From Mobula birostris (taxonomy: Eukaryota), in the NCBI RefSeq assembly GCF_030028105.1, contig NC_092382.1, positions 100,022,699 to 100,086,698 on the forward strand: DNA of 64,000 nucleotides. The letters are read 5' to 3'. The notes beneath the pieces are model-generated. The model was not told the origin of the DNA and made no database searches. It was given only the letters and a program-made list of their open reading frames with translations. Below, one piece after another: positions 49,587-62,308 of the stretch. A program made the position numbers and the translations under genes. Within the stretch, counting starts at the first letter, position 1; the number at the start of each line of letters is the position of its first letter.

Positions 49587-49885
49587 TTGAACCACGAATG
49601 CAAATCCTCTGTCGGTAGAGGATCTCCATTTTGAAAGCCTCCCTTTGCAGCTGAGGTCGTGAATCATTTTCTATCATCGGGGATGTGGCTTCCATTCACA
49701 AAGATTTCTCGGCGGGCTGGCTGTTCCGCAGAGTTTGCAATATAACCGTCGCCGTGTCAATGAGAATGACCTGATAATCTTCATTCAGCCCCACCATCGT
49801 TCCCCTGGGATATGGCTCAGTAACTCCTTCCTTGTCTGTGATACTGAAAGGCAATAGAATAATTGAAAAAAAAAATTGATAATCA

Positions 49886-50104
49886 NNNNNNNNNNNNNNN
49901 NNNNNNNNNNNNNNNNNNNNNNNNNNNNNNNNNNNNNNNNNNNNNNNNNNNNNNNNNNNNNNNNNNNNNNNNNNNNNNNNNNNNNNNNNNNNNNNNNNNN
50001 NNNNNNNNNNNNNNNNNNNNNNNNNNNNNNNNNNNNNNNNNNNNNNNNNNNNNNNNNNNNNNNNNNNNNNNNNNNNNNNNNNNNNNNNNNNNNNNNNNNN
50101 NNNN
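49886..50104. other. Assembly gap (N run)
   Basis: N characters. Confidence 1.
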
Positions 50105-50641
50105 AGATAGAGATATAGTTGGATAGATAAATAGATAGCTGGATGGAAAGGTACTTAGAAAATTTATGGATAGAAAGAAAGATAGATAGATGGATGGATA
50201 GACTTGTGTGAATCAAGAAGCAGTGGATAGGTTTTTCCTTCTTGCAAGAATTTCATGGTATCATGAAAATAATCGGGAGAAATTACAAAGAAAATAATAT
50301 CAAAATTGTGATTCCCTTCTTAATTTGTAATACTGCATATTTTCCCCTTCATGATTACTAAACGAGAAAGCACCAGGGCGCGATGTGTGTCGCTTTTCCG
50401 TCTAGAACCGCTGCATCGCTCCTAATTCGCCACTGCGACAACTTCCCCACGTTCTCCCACCCCTCTCCATCTCAATTTGAATGGCAATCAGAGAATGAAC
50501 CAGGCGGCAACTACAGAGGAAATAACGTAGCGCCAATCAACCAATCCAATGGCGCCAAAAGCTGTCAGATGGCACAATCTTCTGCTTCGAAAAGTTGGTC
50601 TTGAAACGCACTCCAATGCTAATCGACATCTCGTAAAAATA

Positions 50642-50913
50642 ATGGTGCGTGGAGAAGATTGCGTTCTCTTAATCATGGATTTGATCCCGTGTAAGCCAAA
50701 ACAGCAGAAGTTCAGAGAAAGGGCTACTATTCATTGGGAGATATTAGAATCTATTCGGATTTATATCTTATAAGGATTCTGTCCACGTACGTGGAGCAGT
50801 CGCCCCGTTCCCTGCAGCTTAATTGGGGAGATTCAACCACCATCCAACGCAGGCTGCTTAATACGTGCTACACCATTATGGATTGTTAAACACCTCGACA
50901 CGTCAAGGCAATA
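50642..50913 (+). pseudogene. Truncated CACS-family V pseudogene. Leader 50642-50690, 84-bp intron remnant, V remnant from 50775
   Basis: MVRGEDCVLLIMDLIP, GTAAGC donor, then ILSTYVEQSPRSLQLNWGDSTTIQR(Cys23 lost)RLLNTCYTIMDC(Trp41 lost)*(TAA 50887). The 3' half is absent and an L1-like element follows. Confidence 0.85.
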
Positions 50914-50989
50914 GGATTTGGATACAATTTAGAAAACACTGTGATTTACTGAGATTCTCCCTTTCTAGTCACAGTTTCCTAAAACTATT

Positions 50990-51990
50990 TTTAAGCCTTC
51001 TATGACCGCTGTAGTCTTTAAATAATGGGAAAGATTAGGCATTACATGCTTCCGGGATCTGTTTGTGGGAGGAAGTCTTTCTTCGTTTGAACAATTGTCA
51101 AGTGAATATAGTTTACCAAAAGCCCACTTTTTCGGTACTTACAAATTAGAGATTTTCTGCGATCTCAATTATATACATTCCCTAATAGACCTGATAAGAA
51201 CATATTAGATGGAATTCTTAATATGAAACTATTCTATAATTGTTCAATACCCAATATTTATGATATGTTGTTGGGAATGAGAAATGCCTCTTTAGACAAG
51301 ATTAAAATCTTTGGGAACAAGATTTACAGACCTGAATTTCTGAAGAAACTTGGAACGAGATTTTTAAATTGGTTAATACTTCACCGATATCTGCTTGTCA
51401 TTTCCTCCTACAATGTAAAATGGTTCATAGGGCTTATATGACCAAGGATAAATTATCTCGTTTTTTTATAGGGATATATCTCCCTACTCTGATCGGTGTA
51501 ACAAGGGAGAAGCTTCACTGATTCATGTGCTTTGGACTTGTCCAAATCTTGGAAAATATTGGAAGTATTCCAAACTTTTTCTGTACTCTTGAAAGTAAAT
51601 TTAAGCCTGATCCTTTGACTGCCCTATTTGGTATTGCTGGAAGGAAAGATACAATTTTGAAGACATCTGATCTGCGCATTGTTTTTATCTCTCTTATGGC
51701 TAGAGGGGCGCTTTTGTTGAAATGGAAATATGCTGTTCCGCCTAATCATGCCCAGTGGTTACGGGATGTTATGGCACGCCTAAATTTAGAAAAGATTCGT
51801 TGTTCAACCTCTGAATCTAACCAAGATTTTCAAAATTTGTGGGGGTCGTTTTTAAATTATTTTCATAATCTTTGACTTCTTGTTAGGGTATAGAAGTTGA
51901 TTAATAGTATATTTTATTACCTGATAAGTTTCTTTTTTTCTTTTTTTCCCCCAAACAGCTTCGACTTTGGTAGTGCTTCTTTTAATAAAA
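50990..51990 (+). mobile_element. L1-clade LINE ORF2 3' fragment
   Basis: Degenerate zinc knuckle SDRCNKGEASLIHVLWTCP (~51488) followed by PDPLTALFG and KFQNLW-like C-terminal motifs; AT-rich tail. Confidence 0.75.
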
Positions 51991-53884
51991 TTGTTTATAT
52001 TCTAATATACGGATTAATCTAATCCATATGAATATAGACTAAGGAGTTCGTTAACGTGATTCAATATACTGTATTTGGTATTATTATATTCTTTCTTTTG
52101 TTTTATATGTATTCTCTTGAATTCTGTATTCTGCTATCTAGAAATCAATATAATATTGAAAAAGAAAAAGAAAGAAGAAAGAAATCACACAGACAAGCAG
52201 ACGAGCGTCTGATTATCAGCTGGGTCTCAATAGGTTGCAGGACTGTATCCGTGCGGTGTGCGTCTACATTACAGACAGCAGTGCAAATACTTTCCTTACC
52301 ACAGCAGTTATATATCAGTCTAAACTGCCCTGATAGTCATGTTCTTGTGTGTATTTACATTGGATTCGAAAAAGACACTATAGTAAATGAAACGACACAC
52401 ACAAAGCCGGACAATCAAGATGCATAAGAACGCAGACAACACAATTATAAATAACACACATCGTCATCAATAAATGATATTCAGAGCATGAGCTGTAGAG
52501 AGCTTGAAAGAGATTCTGTCAGTTTTGAAATAGTTCCGTGTTGAGGTGAATGAAGTTATCCACACTGATACAGGAGACCGAATCTCCGTGGAAAACTTCA
52601 CTGACCTCAAAACTGAAGAGCAAGATAATTGCTTCACTCAGGCTTGCTATGAGGATGTGACGAATGGCGAAGAATTTCTGTCGTGGAAGTGATACCATGA
52701 TTTCGAAATGATAACAGTAGTAAGTTGGAGCTCTGAGCAGACTTATCAATTGGATAGAACCTGCATCCCATGGGTATGTGCCTCCCGGTTTCGAATCATC
52801 CAATCGCATCTGCTTGGCATGAACTCATCTCGGGCCTCGTCGGCAGCTTCTCAAAATGCCAACCGTCCAAAGGCGACAACGTGCGGAGGAAGTGAATTAA
52901 TTGACACAGAGCCAACTCGAAACCAGCTGCTTCGATATGCAGCGGCTTTCCGGCTATCCGCTACTGGGCTTCACTTGATTCCATATGGCGGAAGTGTCCT
53001 CGTCCTGTACACTATAGTGTGGGAAAGATTCAGCCTGCCGCTGATTGTGGTGGTGATCCCGCGTAAGTTAAAATCACAGGTTTATGGGAAGGGGGTTGTA
53101 GAATGCCCTTTGTGGAATGACGTACTGCAGCATCGGACGTGGTTAGGGTTGGTAGATTTCCTCATCAAGCTGTCTCCGTTGCAACTCATGGCCCGACAAC
53201 GTCTGAACACTTATAAATGATTGCCGCGCTTGTCAGACTGTCCCACTGTGGAATAAGGCATTCAAAGGACGGGTTTCCCACAGTTTCGCTTTTCAGTTTG
53301 GAAAAGGACCTCGGGGGTTTCTCGGAGGGTGCATAAGGCTCTATCCAAACTTTGTTCCAAACTTAAAAGCGGAAGAAAAGCTAGTATGCTCAACGGATAT
53401 TTAACACCAATTCCAAACTGCGGTGCACTGCGTTTCGTTTTGCCTGACTTGGAGTGCGCGTGTGTCAGTGTTACTCTGCGTTTCGCATGTTTCACTGGGG
53501 GCTAAATGCTTGGAGTTGATCGCAGAGTGGCCAGTGTCTCTCGGGAGCGTCAGTCCCTTCTTTGTAAACACTGTTACGTGTCAAAGTAATGAGTGAGAGA
53601 GTGAGAGACAGAGAGAGCGATAGAGAGAGAGAGAGAGAGAGGAATGAGGGAAAGAGAGTGAGAAAGGGACAGAATGGTTATTCAGCTCAGCAGAGTTGGA
53701 CTAGTCTGCTCTACCGGATCTGTTCCACCATTCAACCGTGGTCAGCGGGCGAGCATGGTGTTTCGCGCCCAGGACACGGCGCGCAATTGTGTGAATCGTT
53801 GAATCAATCGAAGAGTGGCCACGGTCCTTCGAGATCGCGAGCCCTTCCTTCTGTCTGGCCTCCGCGCACTTTGAACTGCAATTT

Positions 53885-54352
53885 CAATACATTAAAATTC
53901 AAGCAACACACATCTAGATTGCTGGTGAACGCAGCAGGCCAGGCAGCATCTCTAGGAGGAGGTACAGTCGACGTTTCAGGCCGAGACCCTTCGTCAGGAC
54001 TCACTGAAGGAAGAGTTAGTAAGATGTTTTGAAAGTGCGAGGGGGAGGGGGAGATCCAATATGATAGGAGAAGACAGGATTGGTAAGGATGGAGCCAAGA
54101 GCTGGACAGGTGATTGGAAAAAAGGATATGAGAAGATCATGGGACAGGAGGTCCAGGGAGAAAGACAAGGGGGGGACCAGAGGATGGGCAAGGGGTATAG
54201 TTAGAGGGACAGAGGGAGAAAAAGGAGAGAGAGGGAAAGAATGTGTGTATACAAATAAATAACAGATGGGGTACGAGGGGGAGGTGTGGCATTAGCGGAA
54301 GTTAGAGAAGTCGATGTTCATGCCATCAGGTTGGAGGCTACCCAGAGATTAA
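53885..54352 (-). mobile_element. Penelope-like retroelement terminal fragment in the psi-V8 intron
   Basis: Carries a minimal hammerhead motif; shares GCTGGTGAACGCAGCAGGCCAGGCAGCAT with 38126-38154; absent from the paralogous introns. Confidence 0.75.
53966..54001 (-). ncRNA. Minimal type-I hammerhead ribozyme motif
   Basis: Minus strand: AGTC (stem I) CTGACGA AGG-GTCTCGG-CCT (stem II) GAA ACGT (palindromic helix III) C, then GACT (stem I). GUC cleavage triplet; predicted cut between 53970 and 53969. Confidence 0.75.
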
Positions 54353-54670
54353 GGTTCAATAGGTTTCTGTTTTACAGGGGTTCTGCCCACGTACCTGAAA
54401 CAGTCGCCTTCCTCTCTATCAGTCACAGAGGGAGAGGCAGCCAACGTCTACTGTACGCTGACGAATACGGGCTATAATGTTATGTATTGGCACAGACAGC
54501 GTTCCGATCGGGCAATGGATGCTCTCTTCTATTCAGCTGTGCATGGTTCCGTTACGAACTACACATCCGATTCCTACACAGCGACAAGACCCAGCAGCAC
54601 TCTGCTTAAACTGGAGCTCAGTCGGGCATCGGCCTCCCTGCCACCGTTTACTACTGCGCTTGTAGTAGCG

Positions 54671-54709
54671 CACAGAACCTGAGATAACGAGTCTCCCACT
54701 ACAAAAATC
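54671..54709 (+). other. RSS of psi-V8: CACAGAA - 23 bp - ACAAAAATC
   Basis: Intact RSS. Confidence 0.88.
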
Positions 54710-55978
54710 TTCCAGCCGATCAGAGGGAAGTTTGAACGTTCCTCTTCCACCGCACGGCGGCAGCACCGAGCTGTATTAGACTGCTCCTTTCTATCCCGAA
54801 CGGGCAGCGCTCGGCTGGCTTTCCGCCGGTGTTTCAGTTTCCTCAGGGATCACAAAGACAAGCGTTCCATTTGGATGCGTAACTGCTCCACATCAGCTCT
54901 GCATTTGACAGCAAGATACTCCAGGGAGACGTTCACATGCCCCAGCACAGCGTGGAAACATCTCTCTGTCTGTACATCTGGTTAGCTCCGTAAAATAACG
55001 AGCGTAATCAAAGATCCCAGCCACCACTCGAGCAGCTTCTCTCTCGTTTGACTTCCGACTCTGAAACAGGCCGTTTGTACGATCTCAGGCTGCAATAATG
55101 TAGACTCTTCCCATCAGAAACTGTCTAATTATGATCTTCGTTCTTTCTTTAGCTAGACACTTGTGGCCATAATAAACTAATATAATAATTTACCTTGTTC
55201 TCCCTCAATCCACAGTGCGAAGCAATTTGACGCTCTAACTTGCTCTTCAAGTGTAGGTAGGTCAGCAATATTTTTTTTTTTTATCGCCGATCGGTGTCCG
55301 ATGATTTGCGAGAACTCAAAAGTTATGTGTTGCTGCAGAGTTCAGAGTCCGAAGTAAAATTCTAATCAAAACAGGAACGCGGCACGAGCTACCCTGAGGT
55401 TAAATTTCTGGACAATTACAGCACATACGATGAAAGATAACAATAAAGTCCATGGAAACTCAGGCACAAAGATGGACAAACAGTATGCAAATGAAGGCAA
55501 AATGTGCAAAGACATATTAAGCAAAAAACAATAAGTGTGGAAGTAATAAATATTATTGAGATCACAGTGGGTGAAAATCTTGAAAAAGATCACCTGGGTT
55601 TTCAAATAGTTCAACGTTAAGGTGGGTGAAGTTGTCAACACCAAGCGAAGAGCCCGAACCTGCGGGGAAACGTCACTCACCTCAACACTGAACGAAACAA
55701 GATGGCGGCTACACGCCGCCTTGCTGTGCGTTATGGCGAAGGGCCATTACTTTCTGCCATAGAAGCAATTCGCCTATCAGCGAATCCCAAGTAACTGAAT
55801 TGAATCTCTAATCTCGTAATATTCGTTTCATTCGGGTGAATTTACCGATTATTTGAAACCTGCTTCCCTTGGACATGTGCCTCCCAGCTTGGAATTATCC
55901 AGCCCCTTCTTGAGGGGATCTCGACTCTCCTCGCCAGCTTGTCAGCACTGCTTTGAGCTCCAAAGAGGGATATCGCTG

Positions 55979-55992
55979 CGGAAGTGACGCAA
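55979..55992 (+). promoter_or_regulatory. ETS-CRE composite CGGAAGTGACGCAA (V9 promoter), followed by a CCAAT box
   Basis: About 115 bp upstream of the V9 ATG; homologous to 62309-62322. Confidence 0.7.
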
Positions 55993-56106
55993 TTGGCAGG
56001 GAGCCAATGGGAGAATTGCTTTATCTGGCCAGGCGGTGAGTCTTCCCCGTGAATTGATACTGAGCTTCACTCGATTCCACACAGCGGAAGTATCCTCACC
56101 CTGTAA

Positions 56107-57058
56107 ATGATGCTGAGGGACTGGCTTTGCCTCCCGCTGATCGTGGCGATGATCCCGCGTAAGTTAAAATCACAGGTCTGGGGTAACGGGGTGTAGAATG
56201 CCCTCTGTCGAACTACATTGTGCAGTGTCGGATGCGGTTGCTTGATAGATATTCTCCTCATGAGGCCGATGATTTGATGCCTCCCTTTCAGCTCGTTAGC
56301 CAAATGACAAAACGTTTTCTGACAGATAAATCGTTACCGCGCTTGTCAGAGCGACCGAGTGTGGGGTCCTTCAGTTCTCTCACCTGGCTCTGAGGGGGTG
56401 CTATGGGTGTCTCATCTCACAGTAGTTCATTGTATTGATCGCAGAGCGACCGGTGTCTTTCGGGAGTACAATCCCCTTCTCCGCAGACATTTTGGGTGCG
56501 TGTCAGCGCTACAAGAAAGAGAAAGGGAGAGAGAGGGGGGAGAGAGAGAGCTCGTTTGAGTTAGGCTATTCAGCCCATCGAGCCTGTTCCACCATCCGGC
56601 CAGGGTCATCGGGTGAGGATCGCATAGCACGCCGATCTGTAGGTTAATCGGAGAGTGGCCGTGGTCTGCCGATCACACCAAACTCTTTATGTGTCTAGCT
56701 TCCGCGCTCTTTCATGATCAATTCGGATAAATTGACTTAGTCTAATCTCAATTCTGTCCTACAGGGATTCTGACCGCCTACGTGGAGCAGTCGCTTTCCT
56801 CCCTGACAGTCCCGGAGGGAGAGACGGCAACTCTCTCGTGTACGCTGCTGAATACAGTCTATACAAACATGTACTGGTACCGACAGCGGTCCGGCCGGGC
56901 AATAGATGTTCTATTCTATTCTGCTGGGCAAAATTCAGCTATGAATTACACATCTGATTCCTACGCGGCGACAAGGCCCAGCAGCACTCTGTTTAAACTG
57001 GAGCTGAGACAAGCATCGTCCTCCCACTCCGCCGTCTACTTCTGCGCGTGTAATAGCG
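56107..57058 (+). CDS. TRBV: V9: TCR V segment, CACS family. Leader 56107-56158, intron 56159-56764, V exon 56765-57058
   Basis: MMLRDWLCLPLIVAMIP, GTAAGT donor, then RILTAYVEQSLSSLTVPEGETATLSCTLLNTVYTNMYWYRQRSGRAIDVLFYS...SHSAVYFCACNS; open frame. Confidence 0.92.
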
Positions 57059-57097
57059 CACAGAACTTGAAATAACGAGTCTCCCTGTACAAAAACT
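57059..57097 (+). other. RSS of V9: CACAGAA - 23 bp - ACAAAAACT
   Basis: 23-bp spacer, 8/9 nonamer. Confidence 0.9.
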
Positions 57098-57136
57098 GTC
57101 GAGCCAATCGCAGCGAGCTTCAATGATCCTGTTGCG

Positions 57137-57152
57137 CCTCTAGGTGGTAGCA
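57137..57152 (+). promoter_or_regulatory. RSS-proximal CTCF motif CCTCTAGGTGGTAGCA
   Basis: 39 bp after the V9 nonamer. Confidence 0.65.
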
Positions 57153-58337
57153 CGCGATTGTCTTTCCCTCTTCTGTCTCCTACGGGGAACAGGCCTGCAT
57201 ATCTCGGGTATAACATACAGAAGCATAGCGGCTTGTTATTGGCTCTGCTCTGCAATTAAAGGAAAGAATATCGAGAGATGTACAGAGCTGAGTTGATCAG
57301 ATATCTGTCGACACAGCCCGTTACCTCAGCCAAGTAGCCAGCATAACAAAGGCTCTCTGCTGCTGTTTCCGACTCTTCTGCGAGGGGATGTTTTGATAAT
57401 GTGCTCTCCTGACCTTACTATGCAGTTCCCTGTGGTCTTGTTCACCTGCACTGCATTTTTTCTCTGTCACTGTTAAACTTTACAGCTGAACCTTGTTCTG
57501 CATCAGTGCGCTGTGTCATTATTTGATCGGTGTGAATGTGATAGAGGAGGATTCTTTCACTGAAGCTCGATACATTTACCTTGTTCCATCTGAATGCACC
57601 GTGTAGTAAATTGATCTCTCATCACTGCATAACTGCTTCGGCAAGTCAGTGCACGTTTCTGTTCTCACCAGGATACCAACTGCCTTCGTTGCCTGCCTCA
57701 TTGCTCCCGTATCACCATAGCTTCCCCATCAACCCACAACGATTTCCCTGTGATTTCTATTCTGGCTTTGAGCATGAGTGTGTGTCGGATCATGGTTAAC
57801 ACAAATGCAATATGAGTAATTCAAGAAGATAGGTGTACGGATAGATAGATAGATATCCAGTAAAACAGTCAGGCAAACATACAGACCTGGCAGCAAAATA
57901 TCGTGTGCTGGTGTTCCCCCGGACACAGCCCATGGTCTCTTCCTCCTTGAGATGATTTATTCCACTGTCGTCACTGGTATTTGGGATCATATTACTTAGA
58001 TTTTCAATGTCGTCCGCCCTCCCTTACATGCCTTTCGTTTGTTCGTACAACTAATGCTCTGTTTTGCTTGCCCTGGGTTCATCTGCCTCTCAAGCACGTC
58101 TGCCTCCCAGCTGCGAATCATACAAACGTATCTCCATGGCATGAACTCATCTCGGGCCTCGTCGTCAGCTTCACCACAATGCCAACCGGCCAAAGGGGGC
58201 AAGGCGCCAAGGGAGTGCGGTTATTGGCACAGAAGCATCGGTAAACCAGTCCGCTTTTTCAGACCACGCCGATAAACTTGAACCTGAGAGCTGATACTGA
58301 GCTTCACACGATTACACATAAATATCGTGCCCTGGAG

Positions 58338-58389
58338 ATGATGTTGTGGTGGACGTTTTGCCTCCCGCTGATTGCGGCGATGTTCCCGA
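58338..58389 (+). other. Orphan CACS-family leader exon (MMLWWTFCLPLIAAMFP) with promoter and 5' intron; V exon absent
   Basis: GTAAGG donor; cassette homology runs ~58050-58870 and is then replaced by repeats. Confidence 0.85.
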
Positions 58390-59575
58390 GTAAGGTGACA
58401 TCACAGATGGTGGGGAAGCAGGTGTAAAATGTCCTTTGCAAGCGGAAATAGTGCAGCATCTGACGTGATTAGGCTTTATAGATATCCGCGTCATGACGCA
58501 AAAGATTTGAGGACTCTCCTTCAACCATCGAGCCTGATGACGAAGTGTCTTATCACTGATAAGCGGTTTCCGCGCATGTCAGATTGCCCCAGGGTGAGAT
58601 AGGGCATTGAATTCACGGATATTCCTGAGTTCCTCTACGATACCTGTAAGAGGAGCTCGGGGGTTTCTCGTTTTTTTTTTACGAGAGATTATGTGTCAAA
58701 AGTAAATGCGGATCAAATGCGAATATGCTCTTCAGCATTTTACCCCAATTCCTCACTTGTTGAATGCATCTCGTGTTTGTCTAAATTAGGGTACGGATGT
58801 GTCGGTGCCATCGTGTTATAGCCGGAGATGTAATTGGGGACAGCTCCCGCGTCGTATTCAATTCTCCACATGTTATGCGCTTCGAATACCCTCTGACAAC
58901 CTAGTCCAGGTCCTGGTCTTCACATGTGGCTGAGCGACTATGCCCGGAGAAACTGTCTCTGCTGACATGGGAAGAGAAGAATGGCGGCTTACTGGCGCCT
59001 TAAAACCAGTCGCTTCGGGCAGATGGGGCTAGTCTGCCGCGGTTCCCATTTCATCTTGGGGAAGGAAAACTCTGATCTCAAACCTCCGCTGCTTTCCGGC
59101 TGTACCCAGCCATGGGGAGGGCTTCAGCAGTGAATCCCCGGGGACAAATCCGGAGCTGCAGCCCCGAAATTAATCCTCTGTCGAATTTAAAGTTGACTAG
59201 CAGCACCTGGGACGCCGGAGGTACCGAAATATACCGGTCTCTGTGGGGAAACTTGCTACATGGGCAACAACTTGCTCTCCATAACATACTGACCGGGATT
59301 GCATGTAGAGATAGAGCATAAAACATAGAACACAGAATAGTACAGCACAGTACAGGCCCTTCGGCCCACAATGTTGTGCCGACCCTCAAACCCTGCCTCC
59401 TATATAAGCCCCCAACTTAGATTCCTCCATATGCCTGTCTATGACGCAGCACCCATAGTCGACCCTGCACGAACGGGGTCTCGCTCTCTGACTCACTCGC
59501 CCTGCGTGGATGCTACCTGACCTTCTGGAGTCCTCCAGCATTTACGTCTTTTGATAGATAGATGAAGAGGGAGAG

Positions 59576-59578
<3 letters not shown>

Positions 59579-59634
<56 letters not shown>

Positions 59635-59640
59635 TGAGAG
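59579..59640. repeat. (GA)n microsatellite
   Basis: AG run. Confidence 0.95.
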
Positions 59641-59926
59641 AGATCTGAAGATTTTGTGTTTTTTTTTCATTGGTGGTAGATGATGTAGGTCTGATGCGTT
59701 AACCAATTGTATTTCCTATGTATGTTTGTTCAACTGTAACCGAAACTTTCGTTCGATATCGGCTTCTGAACTGTAATAACCTTCGTGGTAAGACGCGCAG
59801 GGAGTGACGCCTTCAACAAAGGGCCAATGGGATTTCCGTAATCAGATAGGAGACAACGCGTTTCTTCTGAATACCGGCATTGCGCTGCACTCGATGACAA
59901 AGTGAGCCGGTATCTCTTTAGAGTGG

Positions 59927-60816
59927 ATGATGGCTTGTGTAACGCCTTGCATCCTCCTGATTTTGCCGTTGATACCAAGTAAGTCAAACCATCACAGATC
60001 CACGAAAAGCGGTGTGGTTTTTCTGTTAGACTTATGCAGTGCGGCATTTTCCTTCCTTCAGCTCGGTAGAGGGTATCAAATTTGAAATCCCCTCCCGATC
60101 TCATGTTCCAAAATGGAAAGATCAGACCACTGATGACAGCCGGTACGTTGGGTTTCGGAATTGAAATGACGTCCTCTCCAGTGGACAGGTCTGAACGTGG
60201 AAGTGGTGACATGTATGTCTGTGCTGCACTGAGGGGGCTGAGGTACTGATACTAAATACGGATCAAATGCCAGCAAGCTGTCCAGTTTTCCGGTTCAATT
60301 CCCCAATCTGGTCCAATGGCGGCTGATATGGCCCACGGAGCCGTTCACCACTGTGACATTTCTCGCACGTTACTTACTAGTGATTGGATATCATCCCGTT
60401 GGGTTTTGCTGAGGGTGGCCAAAGGATTTTAGATACACGGGTTCCTTCTTTTTGAACATTTTAAACAATATCTGGTTGACTATTGAGATTAATTAGAGAC
60501 TGATTGAATTCCTTTCTTGCAGCGATTCTGGCGGCTTACGTGCAGCAGTCGTCTTCCTCCCTGTCAATTGGAGAGGAAAAGTCGGCCAGCATCTGGTGTA
60601 CGCTGCTAAATACGGGATATCCAGCCATGCTTTGGTACAGACAGCGATCGGATCGGACCATAGATGCTCTCTTCTATTCTGCTGGGCAAGGTCAGTCTAT
60701 GAACTACACATCCGATTCCTACACGGCGACAAGGCCCAGCAGCACTCTGTTTAAATTGGAACTGGGCCGGGCATCGGCCTCCCACGGCGCCGTCTACTAC
60801 TGCGCTTGTAGTAGCG
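59927..60816 (+). CDS. TRBV: V10: TCR V segment, CACS family. Leader 59927-59978, intron 59979-60522, V exon 60523-60816
   Basis: MMACVTPCILLILPLIP, GTAAGT donor, then TILAAYVQQSSSSLSIGEEKSASIWCTLLNTGYPAMLWYRQRSDRTIDALFYS...SHGAVYYCACSS; open frame. Confidence 0.92.
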
Positions 60817-60855
60817 CACAGAGCTTCAGATAACGAGTCTCCCACTACAAAAATC
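60817..60855 (+). other. RSS of V10: CACAGAG - 23 bp - ACAAAAATC
   Basis: 23-bp spacer. Confidence 0.9.
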
Positions 60856-60894
60856 TTCCAGCTGATTGCAGGCAGGTTCAGAGTTCCTTTTGTA

Positions 60895-60910
60895 CCAGCA
60901 GGTGGCAGCA
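60895..60910 (+). promoter_or_regulatory. RSS-proximal CTCF motif CCAGCAGGTGGCAGCA
   Basis: Full match to the CTCF core; 39 bp after the V10 nonamer. Confidence 0.8.
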
Positions 60911-62308
60911 CAGGACTGGTTGGCGTTCTCTCCTGCTCCAATAACGGTCGATATCACCAGGACAAGAATTCTACCTGATATGGCAACTGCTCTACAGTTA
61001 CCAGCAAGAAACTCCAGAAAACAATACGTCCGCACAGCTCAGCGGATCTTGGAAACGTCCCCTCGCTAACATCTCCTTCTGTCAGAAGAACAAAGACGCC
61101 AGCCACCAGTCGGTCAGAAGACTCAAGATCTGAATATACATACTAACAGTCGCAAAGCAAACCTTTTCTCCCGCTGTTATTCAACTCTCGAGTGGCCCAT
61201 TTTCTACGGTGCGATGGTACAGAAATGTGGGCCGCTGACGTCACAATGAACCTCGTTTTGGTCCTGTACGTCAGTTCTGCTTTCTCTCGGCAGCTCTTAA
61301 ACTTTATTGTCGTGCCTTATTCTACATCAGTGCACCGTGTACTGATTGTATATCTGTGAACAAGCTTATCACTGCATCTTGTTACAGGTGACAGTAGCAA
61401 GTCAATGTCAATACCAGCACCGATACCCTCCAGAGCTGCTGACTGACCCGCTAAGTTTCTGCACTAAGTTGACGGTGACACCAAACTGAGTGGAAAAGCA
61501 AATTGTCACGGCTGAACACATGAAGCCACACCCCTCAACCGTACGTTAGAATAATACCGAATATCTTAGTCATCACCGCGCTCTTTACGAGCAATGTGCT
61601 ATGAAGTGGGAGACCGTGGTCTACCCAGGACCATGATTAATCCTGCTAATTGTTTCTACAGAAGTGCTTTCCCTTTGTTTTATTCTTGGCAGTGTCTTTC
61701 CGAAACATTTTACCCCAGCCATTTCCAATCGTCATTAGAGATGTTCTGCCTGATATTAGTGGTTGTTCAAATAGAAACTGATAGACGAGCAATCCACCGC
61801 CTGTTCCCAATGCTTCACGGGACACCGATCGGAATTCATTCAGTTGCGACACCTTGCCTAAGGGTGCCCTGTATTCTAGCGGAGGGAAGGAGCGCCTTAG
61901 ACTTCCTTTGGAAGAGACTCACCTCCTTTCGTCACCCACAGTACCGTGGTATCATGTGGAACACACGTTGGAGTTAAACAAGAGGCCGCGGGATAACAGA
62001 ACCGGATCGGTTGATGCGAATGGAAGCAGTCGCGCTTGAAGGTATTGTGCGATCAGGCGTGGATCAAACAGGCCGCTTGCTTTGAGGTTATGGCGAAGTG
62101 GGGAAGCCTTTCTGGCATCGATATGTTAACTGGTTGAAGCTTTATTCTGTTTGCATAGTCCCTGCCGTCGGGTACATTGACCAAACATGTTAAACCGGTT
62201 TACCACGAGTGTGCGCCTCCCAGTTTCAAATTTGCATTGCATGAACCCATCTCGGGCCTTGTCGTCAGTGCCACGAAAATAAAAAACGACCCAAGGTATT
62301 TACCGAGG

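Larger units (their letters stand above)
53011..54670 (+). pseudogene. TRBV: psi-V8: CACS-family V pseudogene. Leader relic 53011-53062, V exon 54378-54670
   Basis: Leader ATG ATG replaced by ACT ATA; WHRQ; 1-bp deletion at ~54637 shifts YYC out of frame; Penelope-like insertion in the intron. Confidence 0.92.

Noticed and set aside
22855-50126. ORFs spanning X runs
   Set aside because: Artefacts of the three N gaps.
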